A stretch of DNA of 50,914 nt from NCBI GenBank assembly GCA_016839815.1, contig JAEOTM010000043.1:1-50914 (forward strand). Direction: 5' to 3'. The number at the start of each line of letters is the position of its first letter. Positions within the stretch are counted from its first letter, which is position 1. Below the pieces are notes generated by a model that was given only the letters and a program-made list of their open reading frames with translations, was not told where the DNA came from and ran no database searches. Origin of the DNA: Candidatus Hodarchaeota archaeon. Its GTDB lineage: Archaea; Asgardarchaeota; Heimdallarchaeia; Hodarchaeales; Hodarchaeaceae. Position numbers and translations under genes: made by a program. Shown here in pieces: positions 38,701 to 48,337 of this stretch.

Positions 38701-40163
38701 ATTCTGCTGTCACCTTTTGGACGAAAACAAGTATTGAAGACAATACACCTCCACTTAGTAGAGGATTTGGATACATTGATACATTAATTAACCAAACATC
38801 CACTCAACTTGATTTCTGGGTTGAGGTAGAAGATCCATTTGGTCCTGTAATTGGTGTAGAAATAACTATTGAGTATTTCAGTAGGCTCTCCCCAATAACA
38901 GCCAGTAGTGAAATGAGTAGGATAGGTAACGAATACATATATTCACTTTATATGCCTTGCAATACTTCTTTCAACTATAGTATCCAGATTTATGATGCAA
39001 AACCAAATATATTAGTACTGAATAGGAGTAACTTGAGAAGCTACTGGGGACCAGTAGTGATTGATGCGGCTGTAGAACAAAACCCAGATAATTCAATTTT
39101 AATATGGGCTAATGTATCACATTGGGGCTCAGGAGTTTCTGAAGTTATTTTCGAGTATGAGTATGAGACTCAAGGGGGTTCTGGAAGCAAAACAACTAGA
39201 ATTAACCTTGAATCAGTTCAGTTAGAATTTAATGGGACTTTATATATCAAGACCATCACATTCTCTGAACCAGGAGCATTAAGTTGGACCATAATTGCCA
39301 AGGATTCGTCTGGATCCTTCACTGCTACAAAATCTTCTGTTAAATCTTTTTTCGTATCATTCCCTTCCAATACATTAAGCTGGGAAGAAATTCTTCCACT
39401 AGTTCTCGGGTTGTCACTTATTCCCATAATTTTTATTTTGGCTCTTGCCAATATCAGGAGACGACGGACTCGAAAAATTGAAAAGAAGAAGCAAATCGAA
39501 ATACAAATTTCGGAACGATTTAATGACAGTTTGAGTTTAAGGTCTGTAATTTGTCGAAATAATAATGGACTTCCATTTTATACTAAAACATTCTTGGAAG
39601 ACACTCAAGATTTGGATTTAACAGCAGGTCTTACATCTGCGGTATCAGACTTGGTATCTGAAGTTTCAAAGAGGTCAATGAAAAAAGGAGAGTTTGATCT
39701 AATTGAACGAGAAGGTTTTAGTATATTATCTCATCACGGAGATTATTCTACAGTTAGCATAATATCTGAGGGTAAGCTAAGTCCTTACATGAGGGAACGA
39801 ATAACTGAGCTTCATAATGATATTGAATCTCAGTTTACTCAAGAAAATCTTGAGGATCCCATGTTTGGTGATCAAAGCGAATATATTCAAGGATTAATCT
39901 ATAAATACCTGAATGTGGTGTTACTTAGCAAATTAACTTTTGATTTTAACCGATTCAAAGAATTTAAGAAGAATTTTACAGAGGAGGAAAAGAAATACAT
40001 TAGCTATCTTTCTGAGATTCCAGCGATTAATGACGATAGAGTAACTTTCTATGTGACTACATTTACATCCTCAATTACTCGTCATGGAGTATCATTAGCT
40101 GCTGCATACACATTACTGGAAAAATGCTTCAGATATAGGATAATATTCCCAATCACATTTTGA
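35736..40163 (+). CDS. Giant single-pass surface protein: extracellular Ig-like repeats, TM, cytoplasmic longin-like domain (likely start ATG 35793)
   Basis: Signal anchor; about 8 D..aP.I...a.D..gN repeats; many NxS/T sequons; TM plus RRRRTRK; cytoplasmic NNGLPFY...DLTAGLTSAVSDL. Confidence 0.85.
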   Translation: MRVLVKHHASIYQLIGLSRMVLPRPPRPAYAMVFFVVMILAVVPSLNLKEYNEIITDSIPIPSLTDLSGNSVIENNPKSPSFSIQSFQTPNILFIVDNEISLNPDKDLPFLNFMRDTLNYNVTCHTANASYSYEGYDAIVISNSVSESGTVDSLISAPIPIMTMQAGHCDEFQLGSQYSIKGATQLYILNNTHFVSEGLKNESFFDVYSSENDIQHIKGYSSVPLGVEIDLIALRTDTKGGIFDSDATWVALDKGKRAWDLSIAPERRVFWGAFWGNTLLIDGWNYWNRTLSWLLYDDVPGYATIQVEVSDLDNNTVVNAEVNLTNSWNHSQSWSQNTSSSGSCSFINIPFGYYNITVEYESSINNDYSFLEIAGERTYHLKPFFLYSVQIGAFIDDDPPIITNIQFHPTNSTFSVSVYDVSNIDNVNLSITVRDSTNDSILRNSVYTMVYLADLTYINDTALQGLPITGISVDYNITAKDVAGNSIVSEPQFFTLGDVSAPIVYFYNVTDSGDGSLRFYANVSDVESLVQEVILRINDTDENMYLNASGFWILEKYAYFGQILNYSIFSTTDSVGNENNDSINPKFALITPQDSMQPLIYDVSDTLASHDEGLVIFTAVVEELNQYQSGVNVTSVAIILSIFNGTWYNDSLYEMTALGEITYEFEYSFHYNDTISYRIIATDFAGNLNPGYEHIGSIDDHIAPQLSFDAREYGNGIVEFNSTVSDWPNNATDVKLFFTQDYFGNWFNVSMSNITENLYVAQIEGFDFRLHDVWFYATATDQANNSYEPTPDQYQKVDLTDLIAPHIYFIVDNSTSVDGEIFITAWANDPYGDTPNINNTFKINFTLQGLTSQYEMSYDSFYFYKFNQIFNYNDEVNIKIWTTDSVGNIGSINRSIIIGDFSAPKIVNTGIIEYQNGTATFWADVVEYPTGSGLPTEESSVKVEYVFVSSFNETMSRNESSNIYTYTISGFVPGNAFTYRISAFDNTNNSAVTFWTKTSIEDNTPPLSRGFGYIDTLINQTSTQLDFWVEVEDPFGPVIGVEITIEYFSRLSPITASSEMSRIGNEYIYSLYMPCNTSFNYSIQIYDAKPNILVLNRSNLRSYWGPVVIDAAVEQNPDNSILIWANVSHWGSGVSEVIFEYEYETQGGSGSKTTRINLESVQLEFNGTLYIKTITFSEPGALSWTIIAKDSSGSFTATKSSVKSFFVSFPSNTLSWEEILPLVLGLSLIPIIFILALANIRRRRTRKIEKKKQIEIQISERFNDSLSLRSVICRNNNGLPFYTKTFLEDTQDLDLTAGLTSAVSDLVSEVSKRSMKKGEFDLIEREGFSILSHHGDYSTVSIISEGKLSPYMRERITELHNDIESQFTQENLEDPMFGDQSEYIQGLIYKYLNVVLLSKLTFDFNRFKEFKKNFTEEEKKYISYLSEIPAINDDRVTFYVTTFTSSITRHGVSLAAAYTLLEKCFRYRIIFPITF

Positions 40164-40261
40164 AATTGGGAGTCTATCCATTTTACTATTAAAGATTATT
40201 ACATAGATTCTGAAATTGTTTGTGAGAAATAGATGTTCTCCTTAGTTTTTCCCATCTGTAT

Positions 40262-40423
40262 TCAAATATATTCATTGATATCCTTCTTTCCATGCAATAA
40301 TTGGGGAAGGCAATTAAAGCATGTCCATGTCCGATTCTGTTTGTAGGTTATTGAAATTAACGGGATTTCATCGTCTGAACTTGAACAGACAACGCAATTC
40401 TGTGTATGATTTTGTGCTGACAT
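40262..40423 (-). CDS. Small zinc-finger-like protein (53 aa)
   Basis: Manual translation MSAQNHTQNCVVCSSSDDEIPLISITYKQNRTWTCFNCLPQLLHGKKDINEYI*; two CxxC; GGAG upstream. Confidence 0.75.
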   Translation of the reverse strand: MSAQNHTQNCVVCSSSDDEIPLISITYKQNRTWTCFNCLPQLLHGKKDINEYI

Positions 40424-40446
40424 ATTTATTCTCTCCAAATAGATTC

Positions 40447-40887
40447 TTATGATTTCTGAGTATCAGTAAAGTTTAATTGCCATCCAATTCCAAACTGATC
40501 TTCAAATCGTGCATAAAATGCTCCCCAAAACGTTCTCTGTAGTTCCATCTTTATTTTTAGTTTCAACTTCTGCACTTTTGAATATATCAAGTCGATTTTT
40601 TCTTTAGAATCAAGATCTAAAACGATTTCAACATTATTAGCTAAATCCTGTTGAAAATTGGTATTATCAGACAAATAAAAAAACGATTCGCCAATATTCA
40701 ATTCCGCATGCATTGTGGAATCTTCATAGTCAAAATCTTTAGGAAAACCAAATTCTTCTCCAATTTCTTTGGAAAAAGGTTGGTGTTCAATGAGTCTGGC
40801 CTCAAATAATTCTTTATAATGCTCAATCGCTTGTATTCCATTAGGAACCTGCAAATAAGGAATAATCTTTACCATTTGATTCACCAT
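40447..40887 (-). CDS. VOC family protein (PhnB-like)
   Basis: IIPYL...AIEHYKELF, MHAEL.IG, TFWGAFYARFEDQFGIGWQL. Confidence 0.9.
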   Translation of the reverse strand: MVNQMVKIIPYLQVPNGIQAIEHYKELFEARLIEHQPFSKEIGEEFGFPKDFDYEDSTMHAELNIGESFFYLSDNTNFQQDLANNVEIVLDLDSKEKIDLIYSKVQKLKLKIKMELQRTFWGAFYARFEDQFGIGWQLNFTDTQKS

Positions 40888-41233
40888 AAAATTGTAACTA
40901 TTCTGATTACACTATCCACTCAAAGTCTATATTTTCATCGAGTGGGTAGTCGGAAGTTCAAACTTATAAAAGAATGAATATTTTTCCCCCAAACCGATTA
41001 TTTCTTCGCGTAATTTATTAACTGACTATCTGAATTCCAATAAATGAATCTTTATGACTGTTGGTCTATAATCATTCAGGTCTGCAAAAAATCTAGGGAA
41101 GGTAAGGTTTTCGTCTTTATACAGCGTAATTTTGGGATATTATACGTATCTATAATGTAATTTCCAAATCTAATAAAGTGAGAATTCCCAGAGAAAAATT
41201 GGTCCTCTTATTCTATGGAAGTGGGTTTATTCA

Positions 41234-42418
41234 ATGTTTAAACAACAAAAAAGATTCCTAGAGGATATTTTATCCTTTTTCTTCAATGATCCTAGTTTTG
41301 TATTAAGTTATTTACGATTTCTTGTAGTATCCATCGGAATAACAGCATTTTTGTTTTTAGCTGTTACTTTTGTCCCTTCAGAAATCGCTGAAACGGATTT
41401 AGGGATAAATTTATTTCTCTTACTTTCCTTAACTTCTGACATTGGAATGATCATCTTCTTTAAGCTATTATATGGCAATAGTGTCTATTATAAGATCGCT
41501 TTCAATATTGCGATAGTAGTAGCTGTGTCAATAAATTGTACTCTTCTAATATTGTCATTAGGAGGAAGCTTCTATTATACGGTACCAATTTACAGTTTTG
41601 GATCAATCTTTAGCCTGTTCTTAATCATCTATACAATCAGATCGGTTAAACAACCCTTAACTGAGATCACTGAAGATACAAAAAAGCTCGCACGTGGGGA
41701 ACTACATCACACACTAACCCCTATTGATAAATACGGTAAAGAATATGCAGAATTACAGAATGTATATGGAAAACTAGTAGATTATCTCATAACTATCGTT
41801 TCTTCATTAAAGGGAAGTGTAGAAGGATTAGTAACCGATTCCGATAGATTAGCTACCACTTCTGAAGAAGTAAATGCGTTAAGCGAAGAAATTGCAGCTA
41901 CTATTCAGCAAATCAGTCGTGGGGCCTCTATCCAATCAGAAATGTCACTAAAGGCGATTGATGGAATAAAAAAGATGACTGAAGATTTTGATCACACCTT
42001 AGCTGATGTCGAAACAACCTTAAAGGTCATTGATGATGTAGCAAGCCAAACAAATATTCTCGCTCTGAATGCAGCTATAGAGGCTGCACGTGCAGGAGAG
42101 TATGGTAGAGGATTTGCAGTAGTTGCAGATAACGTCAGAAGGTTAGCTGAGGAAACTTCTTCTTATTCTGGAGATATTGCTAGATTAAATGAATCCTTAG
42201 TTTCTAATATTGGTGGAAATGTTATTAAACTCCAAGAGATCCTACAAAGATTTTCAGCAAATTCCGAAGAGTATAGTGCTTCAAGTGAACAAGTAGCTGC
42301 AGCAACTGAAGAGCAAACAGCATCAATGCACCAAATTACCACAACTGCCAAAGCATTAGCGGAGCTTGCTGATAGTCTTTCTCAAGAAATTGCAGTTTTT
42401 AGACTAGAAGAAAGGTAG
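41234..42418 (+). CDS. Methyl-accepting chemotaxis protein
   Basis: Four TM, HAMP-like segment, hairpin tip [38 protein letters not shown]. Confidence 0.93.
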   Translation: MFKQQKRFLEDILSFFFNDPSFVLSYLRFLVVSIGITAFLFLAVTFVPSEIAETDLGINLFLLLSLTSDIGMIIFFKLLYGNSVYYKIAFNIAIVVAVSINCTLLILSLGGSFYYTVPIYSFGSIFSLFLIIYTIRSVKQPLTEITEDTKKLARGELHHTLTPIDKYGKEYAELQNVYGKLVDYLITIVSSLKGSVEGLVTDSDRLATTSEEVNALSEEIAATIQQISRGASIQSEMSLKAIDGIKKMTEDFDHTLADVETTLKVIDDVASQTNILALNAAIEAARAGEYGRGFAVVADNVRRLAEETSSYSGDIARLNESLVSNIGGNVIKLQEILQRFSANSEEYSASSEQVAAATEEQTASMHQITTTAKALAELADSLSQEIAVFRLEER

Positions 42419-42445
42419 ATTATGATTTTTCTTCATTGAAATATG

Positions 42446-42646
42446 CTAGGGGAAGGGATAATTGTAGAGTTTATCAAAGACAGTCTTTAATTGAATAAGT
42501 CGATCTAGCCTGTCTTCGTACAATTGTCTTTCCGTCTTATTCTGGTTTTTAGACTGAATGTTGTTTTTTTTTGTCCTTTCTTCTAAGAATTGAGCATAAA
42601 CTGCTAATCGTTGATCAAGTAATTTCCAGAAGTCTGGACTTAACAT
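42446..42646 (-). CDS. Small hypothetical helical protein
   Basis: 66 aa; GGAG 7 nt upstream of ATG; fills the gap between larger genes. Confidence 0.55.
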   Translation of the reverse strand: MLSPDFWKLLDQRLAVYAQFLEERTKKNNIQSKNQNKTERQLYEDRLDRLIQLKTVFDKLYNYPFP

Positions 42647-42907
42647 TATTTTTCTCCTTTTTTTTATTTATCAAGTAATATAGTTGTTTGCACCTTAATA
42701 AACTAGACCGAAACAATCTTCCGCAGGGGATTATTCTCTGATGATTTATCTAGAGCAAAGAAAAGTGGTTATGGATTATCTTCTAGTCTAAAGTGAAATT
42801 TATTTCAAAATAGGATACAAATCAACAAATACGACTTTTCACAGAGTAAGTCTTTTTAGGTTGAAATTACATCAAGAAATGTATTTCATTGAGATAATTA
42901 TCAATCA

Positions 42908-45900
42908 ATGGTTAAGAGAATGTCCTACCGAATTCGCTTTGCTTCCCTTAGGAATGCAAGTTTTTTGTTAATAATAATTAGTTTGAGTACTACTCAAGCT
43001 GCTGAGGGCTTAAAAATCAATATTAATTCTCCTAGTGACAACGATCTAGGAATTTCTGTGTATTATGACCAAGCAGATTCTACTATCCAACGGGTAGTTT
43101 CTCTTTTTAGTGGGATTATGCAATCCTCGGATTCAAAGTTTAATTTACAGCCTGTAAAAACAGTTAATGAATTAAATTTGCATACAAAAAAGGTAAAGTT
43201 AATTAACGTCTATTTCTTCCACGGAAGTGAAAGTGGAATGTCAATAGGAGAGGAAATCATACCTTGGTCAGATATTGCAAAGATAATTAACTTTTCTCCA
43301 GTCAAAGAGCACCTTCTTATGTCTTGTTTTTCTAATAGGACAATAAAACATCTTAGACCCTCAAAACAAGTGAAAATTGTTGAAGGAGAGATGGATGCTC
43401 TGGTTTTACTAGTAGAGTCATTAATTTTAATAAGCTCCATTCTTTTGGAGAGTGAGAATCTAAAAACCCAAAATTCTGGAGAACGAATCTTTTCCAATAC
43501 AGCAAACTATATTGAATTGAATATAGCCGATTTAATTATCAGGTGTCTGTTTCCAATTGAACCCCTAAGTACTTCCGCAGTTTCTTTACCAGAATCTTCA
43601 GGATATGCTGGTCCAGTTGGTTTGATTATTGATTCAATATTAGATGCCTTTGAAGGGCAAACATTAACTGTAGGAGGAGAATATGAAGAAAGTTATGAAG
43701 ATTCGGGGTATGGAACAGCAGAAGGAGGCATTTCAGCAGCTTTTGGTCTAGAATGGAGTTTTTCACTCTCTGTACTATCTGAGGATACCATTGCAGGAAA
43801 TGTATTTATTGCATTTTCAACACAACAATCTGGACTAACAGGAACCCTCTTGGAAGCATTGGCTGGGGTAGAAATTGCTGTCGAAGGAGAAGGTGATTTT
43901 ACTTTAAGGATAATTACAGATCCAGTATCTCGAATTGAAGTCCTTGAATGGCAATTACGGATTAGAATCACACTTAGTAGAACGCTAGGTTTGTATGATC
44001 TTATTGAGAAGATTTGGCCTTCTGCAAAGAAAACTGTTGACAAACTTCCTAAGAAAATCCGTGGAAAAGTTAAGCGTGCTCTTAATCGGGTAAAAGTCAC
44101 TCCTTACTTAGGGGGTGAGTTTGAGATATTTTCGAATACGGATGGTAATGATGAGTATATCATTGCAGTCTTTTTTGGAGTTTCAATGAATGTAGATGTC
44201 CCAGTTGTCGATGTAGGTGGAGGAGCAGAAGTGGAATTAGCATTTCATTTTACAAGTCAAGGGAATTTTTTTGTCTTAACACTGGAGTATGGATTTGAAA
44301 TTGATGTACCTTGGCCATTTAAAGATAAACGAAACAAATGGACACATTCTTGGCAGGTTGGACCAGAATCCTCAGACGGGAAACAAATGAATATTGATAC
44401 CGACGGGGATGGATTAACTGATAGTTTCGAAATCGAAATAGGAACAGATCCGAATAAATTAGACTCTGATAATGATACATTGCCTGATGGGGTTGAGCTT
44501 TCGGAATACCATACTTATCCCACCATTTATGACACAGATAATGATGGTTTGAGTGATGGTGAGGAGGTTAGCTACTTTGAGGGAAAATTTGTTGATCCAC
44601 TGGGGGATTATGATCAAGATAATCTCGCACACATCTTTGATCCTGATAGTGATAACGATGGACTCCTTGATGGAGAAGAAGTGAAAGGTCTAAATCCACA
44701 TGGCTATATTTCTAATCCATTGAAAATTGATACAGATGGTGATGGATTAACCGATAAGGAGGAAGTAGATGATTCATTAGAAATTATTGTTGATGGAAGT
44801 ATACGGACAGTTTATTGTAATCCTATGGCCTATGACAGTGATGGTGACTTTTTACATGATCTAGAAGAAGTAATGATGAATTCCGACCCAAGTATGCCTG
44901 ATACCGACAATGATGGTATTAATGATTTTGAAGAAGCTAGATTATTTTCTATCATCTGGAATCAAACTGATACTGATGGAGATGGGCTTTCAGATGGGGA
45001 AGAAATTCTTGGTATGTCAGTAAATCTCTATAATCACAATACTGGAACATATGAAGATGTTTTACTTACTTCCGATCCCCATCTACCTGATTCAGATGGA
45101 GATGGACTTTCTGATTATGAGGAAATGTCAATGGGGATGGAAATTACTTGGCAAGAGATCCCATTTACGGTTTATAGCAATCCTCGGCAAAAAGATACAG
45201 ATAATGACGGTCTAAGTGACTATGAAGAGGTTGTAACTGGAGCTGATTTACGTCAGACAAAACCAGATGTAAATGATTCTGATTCTGATGGATTGCTGGA
45301 TAGTGAATATCTCATCTTTGGCACAGATCCTACAATCGATGATACCGATGGAGACACACTTCTAGATGGACAAGAAGTTCTTTTTTGGCATAGTAAGCCG
45401 CTTAAGAATGATAGTGATGCAGATCGACTAATGGATGCCGATGAAATAGCTAATTTTACTTTTTTCGATCCAGGATTTGCACCTACAAGTAATTATGACG
45501 GAGATGGAGACACAGGTATCATGGATTTTGATTCTGATGATGGAGGAGTTAGTGATGGAGCAGAAGTGGAGGCGAATAATGGCACCTACATCTTCGATTT
45601 AATAGATCCCAGTGACGACAAGTGGGCAGATAGTGATCATGATGGGATGCCAAATATGTGGGAAGATAAATTTGGGTTTGATCCGTTTGATCCATCAGAT
45701 AATACAACTGATAATGATTCTGATTTACTGTCCAATGTAGAGGAATATCAACATGGTACTATACCTCTTGATTCGGATACCGATGACGATGGACTTACAG
45801 ATGGAAATGAAGTACTGTATTGGATAAGTGATCCTCTCAAGAAGGATAGTGATGGAGATGGACTTACAGATGGTATAGAAACTGCTTATATCCAGTCTAT

Positions 45901-48256
45901 TTTAGCTTCCCCTTTTACTCCTTCGAGTGATTTTGATGGAGATGGACTTACAGGGATTATGGACAATGATTCAGACAATGATGCATTATTAGATGGAACC
46001 GAGGAAAGTTTGACAGTTTCTGGTGAATATGGAGGAAGACTGGTAAACGCCACTAATCCAGATACTGATGGCGAAGGACTCACTGATGGAAGTGAGGTTT
46101 TATTCTATCGAACTGACCCTACCTTAAGTGATACAGATACAGATGTGTTAACTGATTTTGAGGAAGTAATGGGACAGAATATCATTTGGCATGGAAATCC
46201 AATTATGGTTTATCCAAATCCTAATGATCCTGATAGTGATAATGATGGAGTCTCAGATCATGAGGAAATTTTCTTTTGGAATAGCTTTCCAAATGATCCT
46301 GACAGTGATGATGATCAGATATTTGACGGTGATGAACCGTTTTACTTTGAAGCATATGGACCATTCTCTCCCCTCGAAGACTTTGAACCAGATGGGATTA
46401 TGGGAATTCAGGATAATGATTCAGACAATGATCGTCTTTTAGATGGAGAAGAACTATCTTTGGGTACAAATCCGACAGTACCTGACACCGATTTTGATCT
46501 AATTAGTGATTATGAAGAAGTTCGGGGTTATGGTTTTCAGTATATTGATCCTTTTACAGGGCTCCCCGAACAGCTGATTTATTTTACTGATCCATTAAAT
46601 AATGATACCGATACAGATGGGCTTATTGATGGAATTGAAGTTAATGGAATGCCATATCTATCCGGTATGGTGTATACGGATCCAACTAATATTGATACAG
46701 ATGGAGACGGACTAATTGATGGTTATGAGATTAAAGGTTTTGTAATAACGGTTATGAATAACAATTTAACAGTAATTACCAACCCTATGCATCCTGATAC
46801 AGATCTTGATGGAATTAGTGATTTTGAAGAAGTTTATAGTTGGAATTGGTATTCTAAACGATCGTATGACGCACGAGAACGTACAGGAGTAATTACTATC
46901 GGTAATGCAGAAGGACCTCCCTTACAAATCCAAGTTACTAGAGCGACTCAGTATACAAGTATTGCTGCACTCCGTGGGGGATATATTACTAATCCAACTG
47001 ATAATGACACTGACAATGATGGGTTAATAGAAGGAACAGAAAAATACGGTGTCACCAACTACACGTACATTAAATTTCCTACCCATGATTATGAGGTCAA
47101 CTTTACACCAGTAATTACTAATCCTGTAAATAATGATACTGACGGTGATGGTCTATCTGATGGAACAGAGGTTAATTCTACAAATCCTCACCTCAGTGAT
47201 ACTGATCAGGATGGAATAAGTGATTACGAAGAAATTAATACCTATCATACTAATCCTAAATCTTATGATACAGATAATGACCAGTTAAGTGATAAATATG
47301 AACTATTTATTTCCTATTATAACTCAACTATGCCAGTAAATTATACTGATCCTCGTGATTCCGATACTGATGATGATGGATTGCCTGATGGATTTGAAAA
47401 ATCCATTTTACATACTCATCCGTTAAATAATGATTCAGATTTTGATTTACTTCTTGATGGTGACGAAGTTAATCTCCATGAGACCAATCCATTTTTCAAT
47501 GATACAGATAATGATGGGCTTATCGATTCGCAAGAGATCAATATCTATCTCACAGATCCAATCGATCCTGATAGTGACGATGATGGAATGTATGATGGAG
47601 TAGAGGTAAACTATTACTCAACTCTTCCATTAAATTCTGATGAAAACTTCGATGGATTACTTGACGGATGGGATTATGATTTTGACAACGATAATCTATC
47701 TGATTATGAAGAAACAGTCATTTATGATACCTTATTTTATGAAGTTGATACAGATGATGATGGTTTGGATGATGGTGAAGAGTATGATTACTTCGAATCA
47801 TGGGGGGAAGATCCTGCAGGCGATCCTGACAAAGATGGATTATCTGGCTTCCATGATTATGATTCCGATAATGATGGGCTTAATGACTCTGTTGAATTTG
47901 GTTACGGAACTAATCCTGCAGAAGAGGACAGTGATAATGATAGTTTGGGAGATTATGAAGAAATTTTCATCTATTTCACAAATCCATTGAAAGCTGATAG
48001 CGATAGTGATGGATTGAGTGATTCTGAGGAATTAATCGGTGGTACTGATCCACTGGATTCAGATTCCGATAATGATGGATGGAAAGATGGATCGGATCCA
48101 GAACCATTGAATTCAAGTATTCCAAATCTAATCATCGCTTTAATAGGAATTCCTAGCGTTGCTCTTCTTGCGTTTGCTATCTACTTTAGAAAAAGAATTC
48201 TTTTTCAAACAAGAAATCTCTGGCAGAAAGCTCTCCAACGTTATCGTAAAGAGTAA
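42908..48256 (+). CDS. Giant membrane-anchored surface protein with TSP3-like Ca-binding repeats and a putative N-terminal caspase-fold domain
   Basis: Signal peptide; FFHGS...LMSCFS; beta-rich domain; dozens of P...D(T/S)DxDGLxDxxE repeats; C-terminal TM plus RKR. Confidence 0.88.
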   Translation: MVKRMSYRIRFASLRNASFLLIIISLSTTQAAEGLKININSPSDNDLGISVYYDQADSTIQRVVSLFSGIMQSSDSKFNLQPVKTVNELNLHTKKVKLINVYFFHGSESGMSIGEEIIPWSDIAKIINFSPVKEHLLMSCFSNRTIKHLRPSKQVKIVEGEMDALVLLVESLILISSILLESENLKTQNSGERIFSNTANYIELNIADLIIRCLFPIEPLSTSAVSLPESSGYAGPVGLIIDSILDAFEGQTLTVGGEYEESYEDSGYGTAEGGISAAFGLEWSFSLSVLSEDTIAGNVFIAFSTQQSGLTGTLLEALAGVEIAVEGEGDFTLRIITDPVSRIEVLEWQLRIRITLSRTLGLYDLIEKIWPSAKKTVDKLPKKIRGKVKRALNRVKVTPYLGGEFEIFSNTDGNDEYIIAVFFGVSMNVDVPVVDVGGGAEVELAFHFTSQGNFFVLTLEYGFEIDVPWPFKDKRNKWTHSWQVGPESSDGKQMNIDTDGDGLTDSFEIEIGTDPNKLDSDNDTLPDGVELSEYHTYPTIYDTDNDGLSDGEEVSYFEGKFVDPLGDYDQDNLAHIFDPDSDNDGLLDGEEVKGLNPHGYISNPLKIDTDGDGLTDKEEVDDSLEIIVDGSIRTVYCNPMAYDSDGDFLHDLEEVMMNSDPSMPDTDNDGINDFEEARLFSIIWNQTDTDGDGLSDGEEILGMSVNLYNHNTGTYEDVLLTSDPHLPDSDGDGLSDYEEMSMGMEITWQEIPFTVYSNPRQKDTDNDGLSDYEEVVTGADLRQTKPDVNDSDSDGLLDSEYLIFGTDPTIDDTDGDTLLDGQEVLFWHSKPLKNDSDADRLMDADEIANFTFFDPGFAPTSNYDGDGDTGIMDFDSDDGGVSDGAEVEANNGTYIFDLIDPSDDKWADSDHDGMPNMWEDKFGFDPFDPSDNTTDNDSDLLSNVEEYQHGTIPLDSDTDDDGLTDGNEVLYWISDPLKKDSDGDGLTDGIETAYIQSILASPFTPSSDFDGDGLTGIMDNDSDNDALLDGTEESLTVSGEYGGRLVNATNPDTDGEGLTDGSEVLFYRTDPTLSDTDTDVLTDFEEVMGQNIIWHGNPIMVYPNPNDPDSDNDGVSDHEEIFFWNSFPNDPDSDDDQIFDGDEPFYFEAYGPFSPLEDFEPDGIMGIQDNDSDNDRLLDGEELSLGTNPTVPDTDFDLISDYEEVRGYGFQYIDPFTGLPEQLIYFTDPLNNDTDTDGLIDGIEVNGMPYLSGMVYTDPTNIDTDGDGLIDGYEIKGFVITVMNNNLTVITNPMHPDTDLDGISDFEEVYSWNWYSKRSYDARERTGVITIGNAEGPPLQIQVTRATQYTSIAALRGGYITNPTDNDTDNDGLIEGTEKYGVTNYTYIKFPTHDYEVNFTPVITNPVNNDTDGDGLSDGTEVNSTNPHLSDTDQDGISDYEEINTYHTNPKSYDTDNDQLSDKYELFISYYNSTMPVNYTDPRDSDTDDDGLPDGFEKSILHTHPLNNDSDFDLLLDGDEVNLHETNPFFNDTDNDGLIDSQEINIYLTDPIDPDSDDDGMYDGVEVNYYSTLPLNSDENFDGLLDGWDYDFDNDNLSDYEETVIYDTLFYEVDTDDDGLDDGEEYDYFESWGEDPAGDPDKDGLSGFHDYDSDNDGLNDSVEFGYGTNPAEEDSDNDSLGDYEEIFIYFTNPLKADSDSDGLSDSEELIGGTDPLDSDSDNDGWKDGSDPEPLNSSIPNLIIALIGIPSVALLAFAIYFRKRILFQTRNLWQKALQRYRKE
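44393..48110 (+). repeat. Protein-level tandem D(T/S)DxDGLxDxEE repeats (bacterial-type thrombospondin type 3)
   Basis: Recurrent gat-ac/ag-gat-gga codons; repeats are degenerate at the DNA level. Confidence 0.85.
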
Positions 48257-48337
48257 CCTAAAGTTAATCATAAGCAAGATTTTTAGTTTGTTCATTTTCC
48301 AGAGGGCCTCAACTTAAAAAAAGGGGTTACTCTACTT

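Noticed and set aside
43210-47990. Short alternative-frame and antisense ORFs inside the giant genes
   Set aside because: By-products of biased codon usage in Asp-rich repeats (Met/Ile-rich shifted frames)
44393-48110. Repetitive gat/gga DNA as a CRISPR array or DGR-type repeat
   Set aside because: Repeats are in-frame and synonymous-degenerate, explained by DxDxDG protein repeats; no reverse transcriptase present
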